A stretch of 64,000 bases of DNA. It comes from Paragordius varius (taxonomy: Eukaryota; Animalia; Nematomorpha). Position numbers and translations under genes: made by a program. Positions within the stretch are counted from its first letter, which is position 1. Every line of letters starts with the position of its first letter. Location of the stretch: contig OZ176056.1 in the NCBI GenBank assembly GCA_964247055.1, positions 4,712,001 to 4,776,000 of the forward strand, written 5' to 3'. This document shows positions 12,215 through 25,078 of this stretch, one piece after another. Below the pieces are notes generated by a model. The model saw only the letters and a program-made list of their open reading frames with translations, ran no database searches and was not told the origin of the DNA.

Positions 12215-13620
12215 CTATACAGGTGCAAAAAAAACCTATTAATTTATCTAATTTTTAGGTTAGTCGGGGTGTCCAACATATGAATAATTTGTAATTTATT
12301 TTTTTAATATGCTCACAAAATCTTGGTAATAGTTATGTTTGTTAAACAAATTTATGAAATAACTATAAAATAGTGGACCAACAAGGATATAATTGTTATT
12401 GCTTGGGTTAGTGTTTTAATTTTAATAAAAAAATGATAAAAGGCGGCCCGAAAGCCATTTGTGTTGGGCATCCCTGTGATTTAAACAATATAAACGTTAT
12501 ACCGTATTATCCACTGGATACAGATAATCACAATATTCAAAAAAGTATCGAAAAATATTATATATTTAAATAAATCAAAAAATGAAATGTATATATAAAA
12601 TTTATATATTTACAGTTTTAATCTTGTTTCAAATATTTAATGTTTACTACAATATCATAATCAACTTGTGCTTATTAATCAAGCCAAAAAAGGTGAGATA
12701 TTAGAAAAAAGATGTATTTTTTTCATTTCTTATATAATTTTTACCGTTTGACGTACTTTATGATAATTGGCAACTTTATGTAAGCATAAAAATATATATA
12801 TAATTTATACAAAACTTAACTATATCATAGTATTACAAATAGTTTCGAATAAATTTTTACTTTATTATTAAAATGAATTTTTAATTTTAACCTTGAAAAT
12901 ATAACTTTTTTTGCGTACCTTTAATCGAAAAAAAATATTGTCACAACATTGTATGACGAAAAAAAGTGAGTATATATTGCGTAAAGTACAATGTAAAATA
13001 TATGACTTACAAAATATCCGGGTTGATAACCCTATAGTTAACTATATATATATATAATAGGATTACACATAAAATATATACATATATATATGTAAAAAAA
13101 GATAAACGCTGCTTTATAACCTTATATGTTACCGATATATGTCGAAATAAGTATATAAAATTTCATATGCAATAATTAATTATCCCAAATTTATTCCACC
13201 CTAAAATTGGGGCTAGTGATAAAGTGTTGCTCGTTATTGCTGAATTTATACACTACTTTGCGTTTTTAATTATTTTCAAATACCGCAATATGTAATTATT
13301 TTCATTTGTTTATGGGTATATTAACAGTTTAGAGGTTTTAAAACAATTTTATTTAAAGATCTTGATTGAATATTTACGTTTCATTATCAAAAACGCATGA
13401 TATAAGTTTTGATATATGACAAAATAGATTTAAAATCCTTTTTATTTTATTGATATCTGAGATCTACATTATCAGTATTATGAATGCTTTTATCTATATT
13501 AACTTGTGTATAAACTGCTACCCATTGTCCGTCAATAAGAGATATTGAAAAAAAGTTTTCCCATAAATTTAATTAAAATTTTTTACACTCATTATGATTA
13601 AATAATTCGTTAGTTTTCAT

Positions 13621-14300
13621 TAAGGTTGTCCTGACCAAGTCATGACCCGGTCAATTGACCCAGTCATGACCAGGTCGGTGACTATTTATTTTTTGATCCG
13701 GGTCATTAAAAAAAAACAGTTGTTATTTGAAAAATTGATAGTAAATATTTGGAAAAGAGATAGTAAGATTTTATTGTTTTTTTTATATTTCTAAAAAATA
13801 AAAATTAAATATTTAAATATGCTTATATAACAATATATTAAAAACTGTCAAACATGCATCCTTATAACATTAGCACTTAAGCTTATACAGTTTTTCCAAA
13901 AAAAAACAATCGAGCACTTTGCAAAATATGCAATTATTATATGTAAACCAATAAAATGAATAATTTTTTAATTGGATATTTTAATGATGAAAGAATGTGT
14001 AAAACAAACTAGGTAACTTTTTTTGAAATATCCAGTATTGAAAGCTAAGTATTTGAAGATTCAGAAGCCACAAACATGTGGCAAAAATTTATTTGAAAAC
14101 AAAAGTCGTGAATAATTAAATAAAAATATTTTCATATAATAAATATAAAAAAATGTATAATACAAACTTTTAAGAAAAAAGACATTATTAGTGAAACGCA
14201 AGTGTCGTCCGAACCTTATTTTCACAATATCGCATAAGTAAAAAGTGGTCATGACCACGGTCATGACCATGGCGGACTGGGTCTGACCGGACTTTTTTGA
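13621..14300. mobile_element. Degenerate DNA-transposon remnant with clustered GTCATGAC(C) subterminal motifs
   Basis: Clusters of palindromic GTCATGAC at 13640-13670 and 14248-14270. Left end TAAGGTTGTCC is hAT-like; right end and TSD not found. Confidence 0.35.
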
Positions 14301-14637
14301 AAAAGCATTCAAATGCACAATAGTTTTCACATTAAAATTTAAACTCTGTTTTTTAACCGAAAATTACCCAAATTTGAAAGCCATATAATCTTTTGATTTA
14401 AATTTTGATGCAAATGTTCAACATTATCAAATTAAATAGGTGTTTTTATGCATTTTCTCTCATGCTTCAACAAAGCATGTAGTAAGTTTCAACAAAATTT
14501 TGATAAATATTGAATACCTAAATAAATTATATTTTAATATTTTTTGATAAAATTTCATGTTAAAATATGTATCTTTCTAAAAGATAAATGTATCAGGTAG
14601 TACATATAAATACTTGTTTTGGGCCTACCGATTAAAT

Positions 14638-16941
14638 CAGTGGTACTCACCAAAAAAATTTGACGGGCCAAATTAAATATATTTTTTTTTCGAGGGCCAT
14701 GAACTTTATACTGGCAAATATCCTATAGCTATTTGACACATATGCACATATATAATACTTTAAATCAGCACAATGATTTTTTAGCGGATGTAATCCAGCC
14801 AAAAACTCGTTTTTCACCATTTAGTTTAAAAAATTAAAATATTTTGATAACAACATTTATTTTGATATTACCAATAATTTTTAACAAATTTGGTTTCGCC
14901 TCATGACAGGCCAATCTTAATACGTCGTCCATATGATCATCGGTTAAGCGATTTCTGTATGCATTCTTGACATACTTAATCTTCGAATATGCCGTCTCAA
15001 ACGTGTAAGGGTAGGGAAAAACAGTTAGGATAACTTGAGCACACTTTTTTATATTTTTATATTTATTTGGCACAAAAACTCTACATATATTTCTAATTTA
15101 CGATTCTCCTTGAATATAGCCTCCATATAGATATTATATTTAAATCTACGAATTTTTCAATGATAGCACCTGATCAAAACTGAAATGCTCAGGTTGCTTA
15201 ATATTGGATATATCCATATGCCAGGGATTTTCAACGAATTTTAAGCAATATTTAATATTTCTTTATTCCTGAAATCTGAATTTCATCTCATTAGATAAAA
15301 TTAAATAATTGTCTATGATTAAATTAATCTCCATTAGCAAATTGGATTATTATTTATTTCCCTTGACTGTATTTAAAATTCTAAGTTTATAAGTAATGTC
15401 ACAAAGGTAGGCTAATAAAACCCACCATTCGTCACTATTAATTTCCTCGTCAAACTTTCTGTTATCATTTATAAATAATATTTCATGTCTTAAAACAAAA
15501 AACCTATCATCTCACAGTGGTATAAAGAATATAATCAAACTCACTGTGGATATCTTTCAGAGGGTTTTTGAATTTACGGCGGTACAATCTCTGCCCCTGT
15601 GGTTTACTATATCCACAACCCTTTTAAATTACTGAGAATTGAGTATTTTTTACACTCGAAACCAGGTTTTGCTTATGAATAAAGCAGTGAAATGATCAAA
15701 TATTTTGCAAATTATATTTGTTTCTAAGAGGAATAATTCCTTTGTTTCCAATCATAGAGGGACAGCCATCTGTGCAGATCGAAACCAATTTTTTCATAGA
15801 TATACCATTATTATCGAAAAAAATGCTAATTATTCGAGAAAATCACTCTCTTTCGTGGTATTATATATTGGTAAAAATAAAAAATATTCCCCGTTGATAA
15901 TGTTGTCGTTGCAAAATCTTACAAGAGCGCACACTGTGGAGCTGAACTAATATCAGTGCTCAATCAATATCAATACTAAAATATTTGCAGTTTTTCAGAG
16001 CCAATAAAAATATTTAGATAATGCGTCGATCACATGTTGAATCAGAAAGTTGAAGTATTTTATTTTGCCTCATGATTAGATCTTTACTATGGAATTTATC
16101 AAATAAAAAAGTGCAACTATTTATAAGACATTCTTTTATTAGTTGACAGTAAACGGTTTCATATTTTTTCCTAAAATATAGCAAATTTCATACGAAGTTA
16201 ATGTTACACTTGGGAGAAAGCTATGGACATAATAGATTTTTCTTCCTGGTATATTCCTTAATCTTTTATTCGTTTCCCTCATGATTTTCTGGTTTGTGAG
16301 AATGCTGGATTGTAAAATGTCTTTCAATATTGTATTTTAATTATTTTGTCCTTACATATGAGGCAGGTGACATTTTTATTTAAAACGACAAATTCTTGCC
16401 ATTCTCTTTTTAAAAGAAGCGATTTTCATCGGATAATTTACGTTTTTCAGCATTAGGTGTCATCCTTTGAATTTATGTTTAAATATTGTGTAAATTTTTT
16501 TCAAAAAAAATGGGAATATAATTTGATTTATGCAATAAAAAAACAGATTAAAATTTAATGATGTGATTAATGATGCAGGATAGCAATGAAAAGAATAAGT
16601 GTATGCAAGTTTGGGTGAAAGGATTGCTTAAATACAAAAAAGGAATGCAATAATTTTAAAATAGAAAAGAAAATAGAATGCAGAAACAAAAACAACGTGT
16701 TCCAAAATTTTGAAATCTTAATGTAGGGAAATTTTCCTACATTTCAAATTGGGTAAAAATGAAAATACCAAGTAAATCTAAATAAAATAAATTAATATTA
16801 AACTAAGCGAAAATCCGATTATGTGTATTTTAAAATTTCATCAATAAAAAAAATAATTTAAGTATCAATATGGTCATAGGGCAATTTTAAAGCACTCTTA
16901 GGGCCGCATGCGGCCCGCGGGCCGCGGTTTGAGTATCACTG
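14638..16941 (-). mobile_element. hAT (Charlie / GTF2IRD2-EPM2AIP1-like) transposon with a decayed transposase
   Basis: 12-bp TIRs CAGTGGTACTCA / TGAGTATCACTG (1 mismatch); perfect 8-bp TSD GATTAAAT at 14630-14637 and 16942-16949. Minus-strand remnants: KRKLSDENRF, CLIC...RH, YEICYILGKNMKPFT, and the C-terminal dimerisation segment ETAYSKIKYVKNAYRNRLTDDHMDDVLR (14834-15073). Confidence 0.9.
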
Positions 16942-16984
16942 GATTAAATTATAAAAGTTATTTGAACTTTTGTGGTAACTGCTC

Positions 16985-18750
16985 CATATCACAAATGTCC
17001 GAATTTGCGGATATTTTATTAAATAAATTTTTGGTGATTTTAAATAATTATCACAATATCACATATAATATATTTAAAAATCTAAACTATATTTTTTTAA
17101 TTTTTATTTAGAAGTATGGGCTCCCAAAGTCTTTAATTTTAACTAAAAATATAAATACCATTGTTTTGCACTAAGAATTTTTAATGTGGCACAAGTATGA
17201 CACGAAAAGAATTATTTTGGAAAAATTTTGTTAATATAAATAATTTTTAGCACAACGTTGATTTTAATTTATGGTGTTTAAGCGCATTGAAAAACGGTGT
17301 AAAAACAGTTAAATATAGATGTGTCCAAGGCGCGGCCTTCAAAAATATTTTTGCAACCCGTGATAAATCTTAGTAATAAAAACAAAATTTATGAAAGTCC
17401 TATTAATAAATCTAACTAAAATTGATATTTCCTTAACAATCTTGGAAGTCAAATTTTGGCAATGAACTAGCAAATGATGAAAAACAGTATAAATATTGTT
17501 GCACTCTTATTTTTAATAAAAAAACCATATATTTTTTGGCATATAGCCTATCGGAATTTTCCAGTCGGAAAGGCTGCCCGTGAAGATTCGTGTTGGTCAC
17601 ACTGATTAAGGATATTATTACAATTTATAAATATAATTCGATGATGCTGAACATTTCTATCACCTTGGAATTATGAATAAGTTTTATATCTTCCATTTTG
17701 GTTAAATGTAAAATGTGTATTTTGAAAAATATTCTTTCAGGACGAACAAATAAGGCGATAGAAAGCTTTAGCGTCATTGAATTAGAGTAACCTGTTTTAC
17801 CGTTCTTACCATGCTTTGAAATATGTTCATTAATATTTTGTTGCTAAAATTAAATTTTTAAAAAGTATGCATTTATTCAAACATATCAAAGATCAACAAA
17901 TAACTCGATGTAAATATATATTCTAATAGAAAAGAGAATTAGGATTATCAAGGTACTTTTGATACTTACGAGTGATGGAAGAGTATAATCATTGTCGCAA
18001 ACGCTTTATATCAGAAAATGTTAAAATTTGCGCACATTTTTTAAATCATTTTTTTGTGAAAGATAACATTCCAAATAATATCACTAATTAAATTTAATAC
18101 TATATATTGACCCCATCTACAATCGGTAATATTGTATACAAAAATGCTTACGCGATAAAAATTTTGTATACGGTAAATACTGACATTAAAAAGTTATTAT
18201 GGGTATTTTTCTCCAAATTTTAATAAAATTTAGGTGAAACGCTTTAAAGCCTTGAAATACAAATACTTTTTTCTGATAATATTTCTTGTTAAGAGACGTA
18301 GTTGTCAACAAAAAGTTGCATATAACTTGTGGTTTTAAATGTAAGTAAGATTTCTAAATAAAAATCATGAGATGATAGAGATGTTCAGCATCGTCTAATA
18401 GAAAAGTTATTTTTATATTATCTTAAAGCGTTCACACCGTTTCCATCATGTCTCAAAATCGTATAATGTGCGCTTCAACAAAATATTGCTACAAATTTTT
18501 ATTCCGTAAAAAGTATGAATTTTTGAAATATATTTTAGTTTATCTCAAAATTATGCTTATATTCAAAATTTCTATCGCGCGATATCGGCACTTTTAATTA
18601 CTATACAAAAACAAGCCCATTTAAGAAGAGCGAAAAAATTTGGAACTTTCCGCTAGAAATATTTTTTGCATTTATATAATATGATATATTTTAGAATATA
18701 ACAATAGCTAACAAAAAATTTTTATTTACAAAAATGTGCCCAAATTTTTC
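16985..18750. mobile_element. Diverged copy of the long-TIR Tc1-like foldback family (see 40338-41547); boundaries approximate
   Basis: Inverted pair GATGATGCTGAACATTTCTATC (~17640) / GATAGAGATGTTCAGCATC (~18372). Arm motifs TGGGCTCCCAAAGTC and CGCTTCAACAAAAT are shared with the 40.3-41.5 kb and 47.6-48.45 kb copies. Confidence 0.55.
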
Positions 18751-18756
18751 TATTTT

Positions 18757-19741
18757 CTGGAGTGGGGTGATAAAAATTTTTTTTTCACTTGACTTGCAAG
18801 TTTTTCGAGTCATGGCTTGGTTTCATGTGATAAAAAAAATTTAACATTAGACAACTTAAGTCAAGCAAGAAAACTTGATTCGGAGGTGATAAAAAATCAT
18901 ATGAATAAGTAAAACTAATAGATTTTGCAAGTGTGGTATAGGGCACACTTGATAGATTTTTTAATATGGAAATTATTTTGTAAACTATTTATGTAAGTAA
19001 TTTAGGTTATATAAGTAATTAAAACCTTTGTTAACGATATAAATTGTTTATGATATTAATTAACCTATTGATATTGAAGATACAAAAGAGGATAAATTTT
19101 TAGATAAACTCTGTTAATGTTAAAGAAACAACGAGAACTCGCAAAAATTTATTCCCAAAAATTTCCTAAAACCATAATTGAATATTAATCTTATAAAATT
19201 TTATATCTTCGTTTGACAAACGCCAAAGGTTACTTCACTATTAACTAATGTAAAGAATTTATTTCATACTAAATTTATTTCAAATGTAATTTTGATAATC
19301 AATTAAAAATAAAAATATGTTGTATAAATATCTTCCCATTATATTTGCAAATGGACTCCTAGCAAAATGAGTAGCGTAATATGTTTTAAGGGCAAATGGT
19401 ATCAGCTTAAAAAATATTACCGGGCTCAATATTTTGAAAAATCTATAATATTAAATAAGATACATGACAATGAGTTTGAAAAACTTCAATAAGTTCATAT
19501 TGTATTAATTGTTTATCTTTTTGTCCCTTAATTCATAAATTTTGGCTGAAAATGCAAATAATTTCCGTAAAATTCGAATTAAGTGGCAATAAAATGTTAC
19601 ATTCATAAGCAAAAGACTTAACTTAAGTGTTTTTGTCATCACCGATCTTGAAGCGTACACTTGCTGGCTTAAGTCAACTTGCTAACTTGCCACGCTTGAC
19701 TTATACAAGTCAAGTGTGACTTTTTTATCACCGCCCCCCTG
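18757..19741. mobile_element. Non-autonomous TIR element with ACTTGAC / GTCAAG subterminal motifs
   Basis: Imperfect TIRs (C)TGGAGTGGGGTGATAAAAA and TTTTTTATCACCGCCCCCCTG, with repeated CTTGAC / GTCAAG near both ends. No TSD match. Confidence 0.45.
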
Positions 19742-20058
19742 ATATATTGCTCTCAAAAAATGTCGGAACTTTTTTGAAATCACAAGTAGAGACCAAAACT
19801 AAACGCACTATAATAATCTTGTTACATTTTACTATCGATTTTATATCTGATAATTTAGCCGAAGATTTATTTGACTAAGATATTATAATCTGTTTAAGAC
19901 TTAAAAAAAATAATTGACAGCTAAAATTTACAATTAGAATTTACATGATATATTATCAATGAGATTGCTATGTTTAACAATTTTATATAATTTTTTATTT
20001 ACCTAAAATTTCATTTTCTTAGTGGTATCATTTACAAAAAGCACATTTTCCCATTTAG

Positions 20059-23000
20059 ATGGTACATATTTTTTTCTAATTTTCTAAGGCTCTTTCTTTG
20101 CAACCAATTCAATTACTTAAACAAGATGCGGAAGAAGAAAAAGGAGAATCTGCGCGTTTGGTAAAATATTTATATATAAAATTTATGAAAATATTCGATA
20201 ACTTATTGTTTATAGTCAAGCTTTTTGGGAGCTATTGCAATCGGAGATTTGGTTCGAAGTACTCTTGGTCCAAAAGGAATGGTATCTTTTTGACAATATA
20301 TTGGTCATTTCTATTATATATAATTCTAAACTGTCTTTTTAGGATAAAATAATTCAATCATCAGGAATGGATGGTAAGAGTATCGGTGACATTCAAATAA
20401 CTAATGATGGAGCAACCATTTTAAAATCTATTGGAGTTGATAACCCAGCTGCCAAAGTTTTAGTCGGTAATTTTGGAATATTGATAATTGCTTATTTAAC
20501 TATAGTTTGATACCGTTGGTTAATATGACCTTTTCGACAAAAAAATTTATGATTTTATTTTTTTATCAATCCGATAATTAAATTTAGCTGTAAACTTTTG
20601 GTTAATTATAATAACACTTTTCAAGTGTTTAATTATTATATGATCAAATAATAGATTGATTTTTATTTTTTTATAAAATAAAGTATATTTTATCATAGAA
20701 ATAGCAAATACTCAAGATGCCGAGGTTGGTGATGGGACAACCTCTGTATGTGTTTTGGCTTGTGAATTACTTAAGGTTTTCTTTTAGTTTAAAAAATTAG
20801 CATTATAAATTTTTGGCATATTTTTATATAGCTTTCTAAAGAAATGTTAAATTGAATATTTTTAGAAGCATATTAATTCTAAATATAGGTGGAATTTTTA
20901 AATAAAAACAAAACATAAAAATGGTTGAAAAACGCAACCAATTTTTTTAAAAAAAATTAAATTAATTTTTACACTTTACACAAATACTAAAGCTTAAAAC
21001 AACATTTATTTATGTTTAATAAATGTTCATGTTTTAAAAATATCTTTTTACTTTTATATAATTTATATATTTAAAGTTAAATCTGACGTGTTTGTTTTCA
21101 TAAGGGTATATATGCATAGTTCAAAATTAGATCATTTGTATATGCTATTTCTTTTTTTATATTCTTTTAATTATACCATTATTTTATACGTTTTTTATGA
21201 ATAAAATTATACCTGTGTACTATTTTCATTTTTTATATATATGCATATAGCAAGGTGAAAAATTGATTGGACAAAAAATACATCCACAAACTATTATAGC
21301 CGGTTGGCGTCAGGCCACTGATGAAGCCAGAAAAGTTTTAACCGCTTTTGCGGTCGATAATAGGTAATTTTATTAAATATATACTTATCAAAAGCCAATT
21401 TTTTATTTTTAATTGCATAAAAACAACAATCATTCTTATTATAACGTATTGTTTAGAATTACAAACTAAGAAATAGAAAATAACTAATAGTTTATGCTGG
21501 AATCAAGGTTTAAAAAAGAATAGTTGTCTTTTTTGAAAAAAAATTTGTTGTTAAATTTTTATGTTTTGTCTTTCTTTTAATCTAATAAAAATTTGTGTAA
21601 TTAATTTGGTAAATTTTTTGTTTAAGTTTTATTGAATGCAAGATTAAACTAAAAATAGTTGATAAGTTATTTATTTTGTTTATTGATACCATTAATTGTT
21701 TGATAAAGTGCTATTTAAAATCTTGATCTGGTTTAATAACTAGTGTCTGATGTATTTTTTTCTTCCGTGCTTTGCAGTTATAGGCGTTTCTTTTAACATC
21801 AATTTTTTTCGTTCCTCTAGGCTAGATCTTTTGTGATTGTTTGGTTCCATAGATTAAAGGGGGCATTTGAATCTAATTTAGAATGTTGCATTCTATTTAA
21901 AAATATTATAATTATCTCTTCACTCAATGTGTTTTAACTAGCTTATATATATTTTATCTTTTTTTCCAATTTTTTGGGGTGATTAGGAAAGACAAGGGTA
22001 AATTTACGCAAGATTTGCTAAACATTGCAAAAACAACCTTGAGTTCCAAAAACTTGGCTCAACACAAAGATTTTTTTGCTACTTTAGCCGTGCATGCTGC
22101 CATGAGACTTAAAGTAATTAAATTTATTTTTTGTTAAGAAAAAATAAATAAGTTGACATAAATATCATTATTTTTTACATTTTTATTTTATTTGTTTTAT
22201 ACACCTATTTTTTTGATTATAATTATTTTTTTTTATAATTTGTTAGAAATGTTTAAGGATTTTAAGTGTACTAATTACTAATATGTAGTTGATTGTAGAT
22301 ATGGCATGATTGTGAAATTTTTATTTTCTCTATCATTTAATCTTGTGTTAACTTTATTTTGCAGCAAATATATAAAAATACTATAAACCTAATGTACATT
22401 GGTTTATTTCATATTCCCCATATGATATTTGACTAAATAATTTTTTTTAATCACAAAAAGTTAATTTTATTTATTTATTTATTTATAAAACAGGGAAAGG
22501 AAGATTTAAAAGCCATCCAAATTATTAAAAAATTGGGTGGGAATTTGTTGGACTCTTATTTGGATGATGGTAATTATATTAGCTTGTTTAATGCCATATT
22601 TTTTGTACCTGACTTACATTATTAATATTTTCTACAATAATTTTTTTTGTTGCAGGATTCATTCTTGATAAAAAGATTGGTCTTAATCAACCTAAACGCA
22701 TTACTAATGCCAAAATTTTATTGGCAAATACACCCATGGATACTGATAAAATTAAGGTATTATTTATTTGTATTTTGTAGTTTTTTTACTCTAGAGTCAT
22801 TTTAAATTTTAATTTTAATACCCTATAAAAGATATCTATGATATTATCAAATGCGCACCATTCAAAATTTTTAATATAGCATTTAGCTTAAATTCTGCTT
22901 AAATGTATTCTAGAATGTTAATATATAAATCTCATAAAATACTGGCACCTGTAATTGAAAATTAAGTTTAAGAATTTTATTCGGGGATATCTAACAAATG

Positions 23001-25044
23001 GCTTCGAAGGCCATATTTTTGACTGAAAATTTTAGCGGGGGTCGTATTTATAAAATATATATGAACAATAATGATTATAATGAATTTTTTTTGTTCTATG
23101 ACTGTAAAATGCAAACACAATAATCATTTTTCAGTTTATTACCAATTGGAATTACCTAATCTAATTGTTTGATATCAATTTTACTAAGATTTTGTTATAT
23201 TTTTGCAAACTATGGATTTCCAAAATTTTTGCGGGCCTGCGCGGCACATGTGGACACGCCTTAATGTATTTGACTGTATTTTAACATCATATTTACTGTT
23301 AATTTTTTAGTTAAAATAAATGTATCCATTTACACTTCAAATTCACCCTGGAACAATTCAAATTGACTCTTGAACAATTTAAACTCACCCTAAAATAAAT
23401 TATATGTATTTTTCGGATTAAAATTTTCACATTTTTAAAAAATAAATTTTTGTTTAAAATTAAAGTAATACTGAAAAGCCATTAAAGATATATTTAATAT
23501 TATTAATGAGTTATATTAACTCAAAGCAGCATATAATTTATATTTAGGGTGAATTCGAATTGTGAAGTTATATATATATATATATATATACCATTTACAA
23601 TTCAAATTCGCCCTTGAACAATTCAAATTCACCCTTGAACAATTCAAATTTACCCTCGAACAATTCAATTCACCCTCAAATAAAATATATGTTTTTTAAG
23701 ATTAAAAAATACCTATATTTTATATATTTTTTTAATAATAAAAATTTTGTTTAAAATTTAAATAATACTGAAAAAATAATAAACTATACCATAAACATAT
23801 ATTTCATATTAATAATGAGTTATACTAGTTCGAAAATACATAATTTATTTTTAGGGTGAATTTGAATTGTTCAAAGGTGAATTTGAATTGTTCAAGGGTG
23901 AATTTGAACTGTAAATGGTATAAATAATAAAAACCTTTTAACTAAAAAAATCATTACAATTTTTAACCAGCTATTAAACAAAACACACCACAAAAATCAA
24001 TTATTTCCATTTAATTAAAATAATGTTATTAATAAATTTTTTTATGCATACATAGGTTTTTGGATCTAGAATTCGTGTAGATAGTACGGCAAAAATAGCA
24101 GAGCTCGAAGCCGCTGAAAAGGGAAAAATGAGGGAAAAAGTGGAATCCATCCTTAAATATGGGGAAAATGTTTTTATAAACAGGTTTTTATCTAATAAAA
24201 TTTTAGAGTTGAAAACACGAAATGTAAAAACTTTTTTTTATTTGTTGTGTGTGTTGAGTTGCAAAAAGAAAATGAAATATTTAAATTGATAATATACTTA
24301 ATTACGATTAGATTGTATAAAAAAAATTAACGGTTAATAAAGTTGGTACTGTCTTAATAAATATATTTGGATTACCATTTGTCTGATATAAGGTATATAT
24401 ATACTCTAAATAATAAATTTTAAGATAGGCTTTTAATAAATTATTTTGCAGGAAACATTATAAAACATTTTGTTTTTCAAATGAAGGTAACCATATCTTT
24501 TTAAAACCGTGATTTTTCTAGCTAAACTCAATATTACGATTCTGGATTTTATAGGCGTCCGTGTTATCAATTTACATTTCTATTCCTCATTTTACAATCC
24601 TAATGATAATTTTATCTAAAGGTATTAATGTTCAAAAATTTTATTTATTAATTAGATGGCGGTTTTATTTATTGATTAATTGTATTGTATAGTAATTATA
24701 TTTTCTTTTTAGTTACATTATAACTTCCATTTTCAATTAATTACAAAAAATATAATAATGAAAAAGATTATAATATAATTTTTGTTAAAACAATTTTTTT
24801 TAAAAAAAACTAATTTAATATATTTATGATGAAACTACAATTCCGCCAAATGATATGATTGATTAGTTTGTGGATCTGAATTATTACTTATTTTATCAAA
24901 TTTAATCAAATTATTAAATTTTCATTCAAAAATTTAAAATTTTAATCAAGCCGAAAATTATAAACAACTAAAAAGATAACTTATATTTTTGAATCTTTAT
25001 TTTTAAACGATATCCTATATAATTGATAAACAATTGTTGATTTT

Positions 25045-25078
<34 letters not shown>

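Noticed and set aside
14061-17111. Short ORFs 14061-14330, 15705-15950, 16139-16327 and 16908-17111 as genes
   Set aside because: They fall within transposon remnants or their ends; 16139-16327 is a frameshifted piece of the Charlie-type transposase.
20368-20380. Strong donor-like GATG|GTAAGA inside CCT2 exon 4
   Set aside because: The frame continues through the essential ITNDGATIL motif and no suitable acceptor follows, so it is treated as an unused cryptic site.
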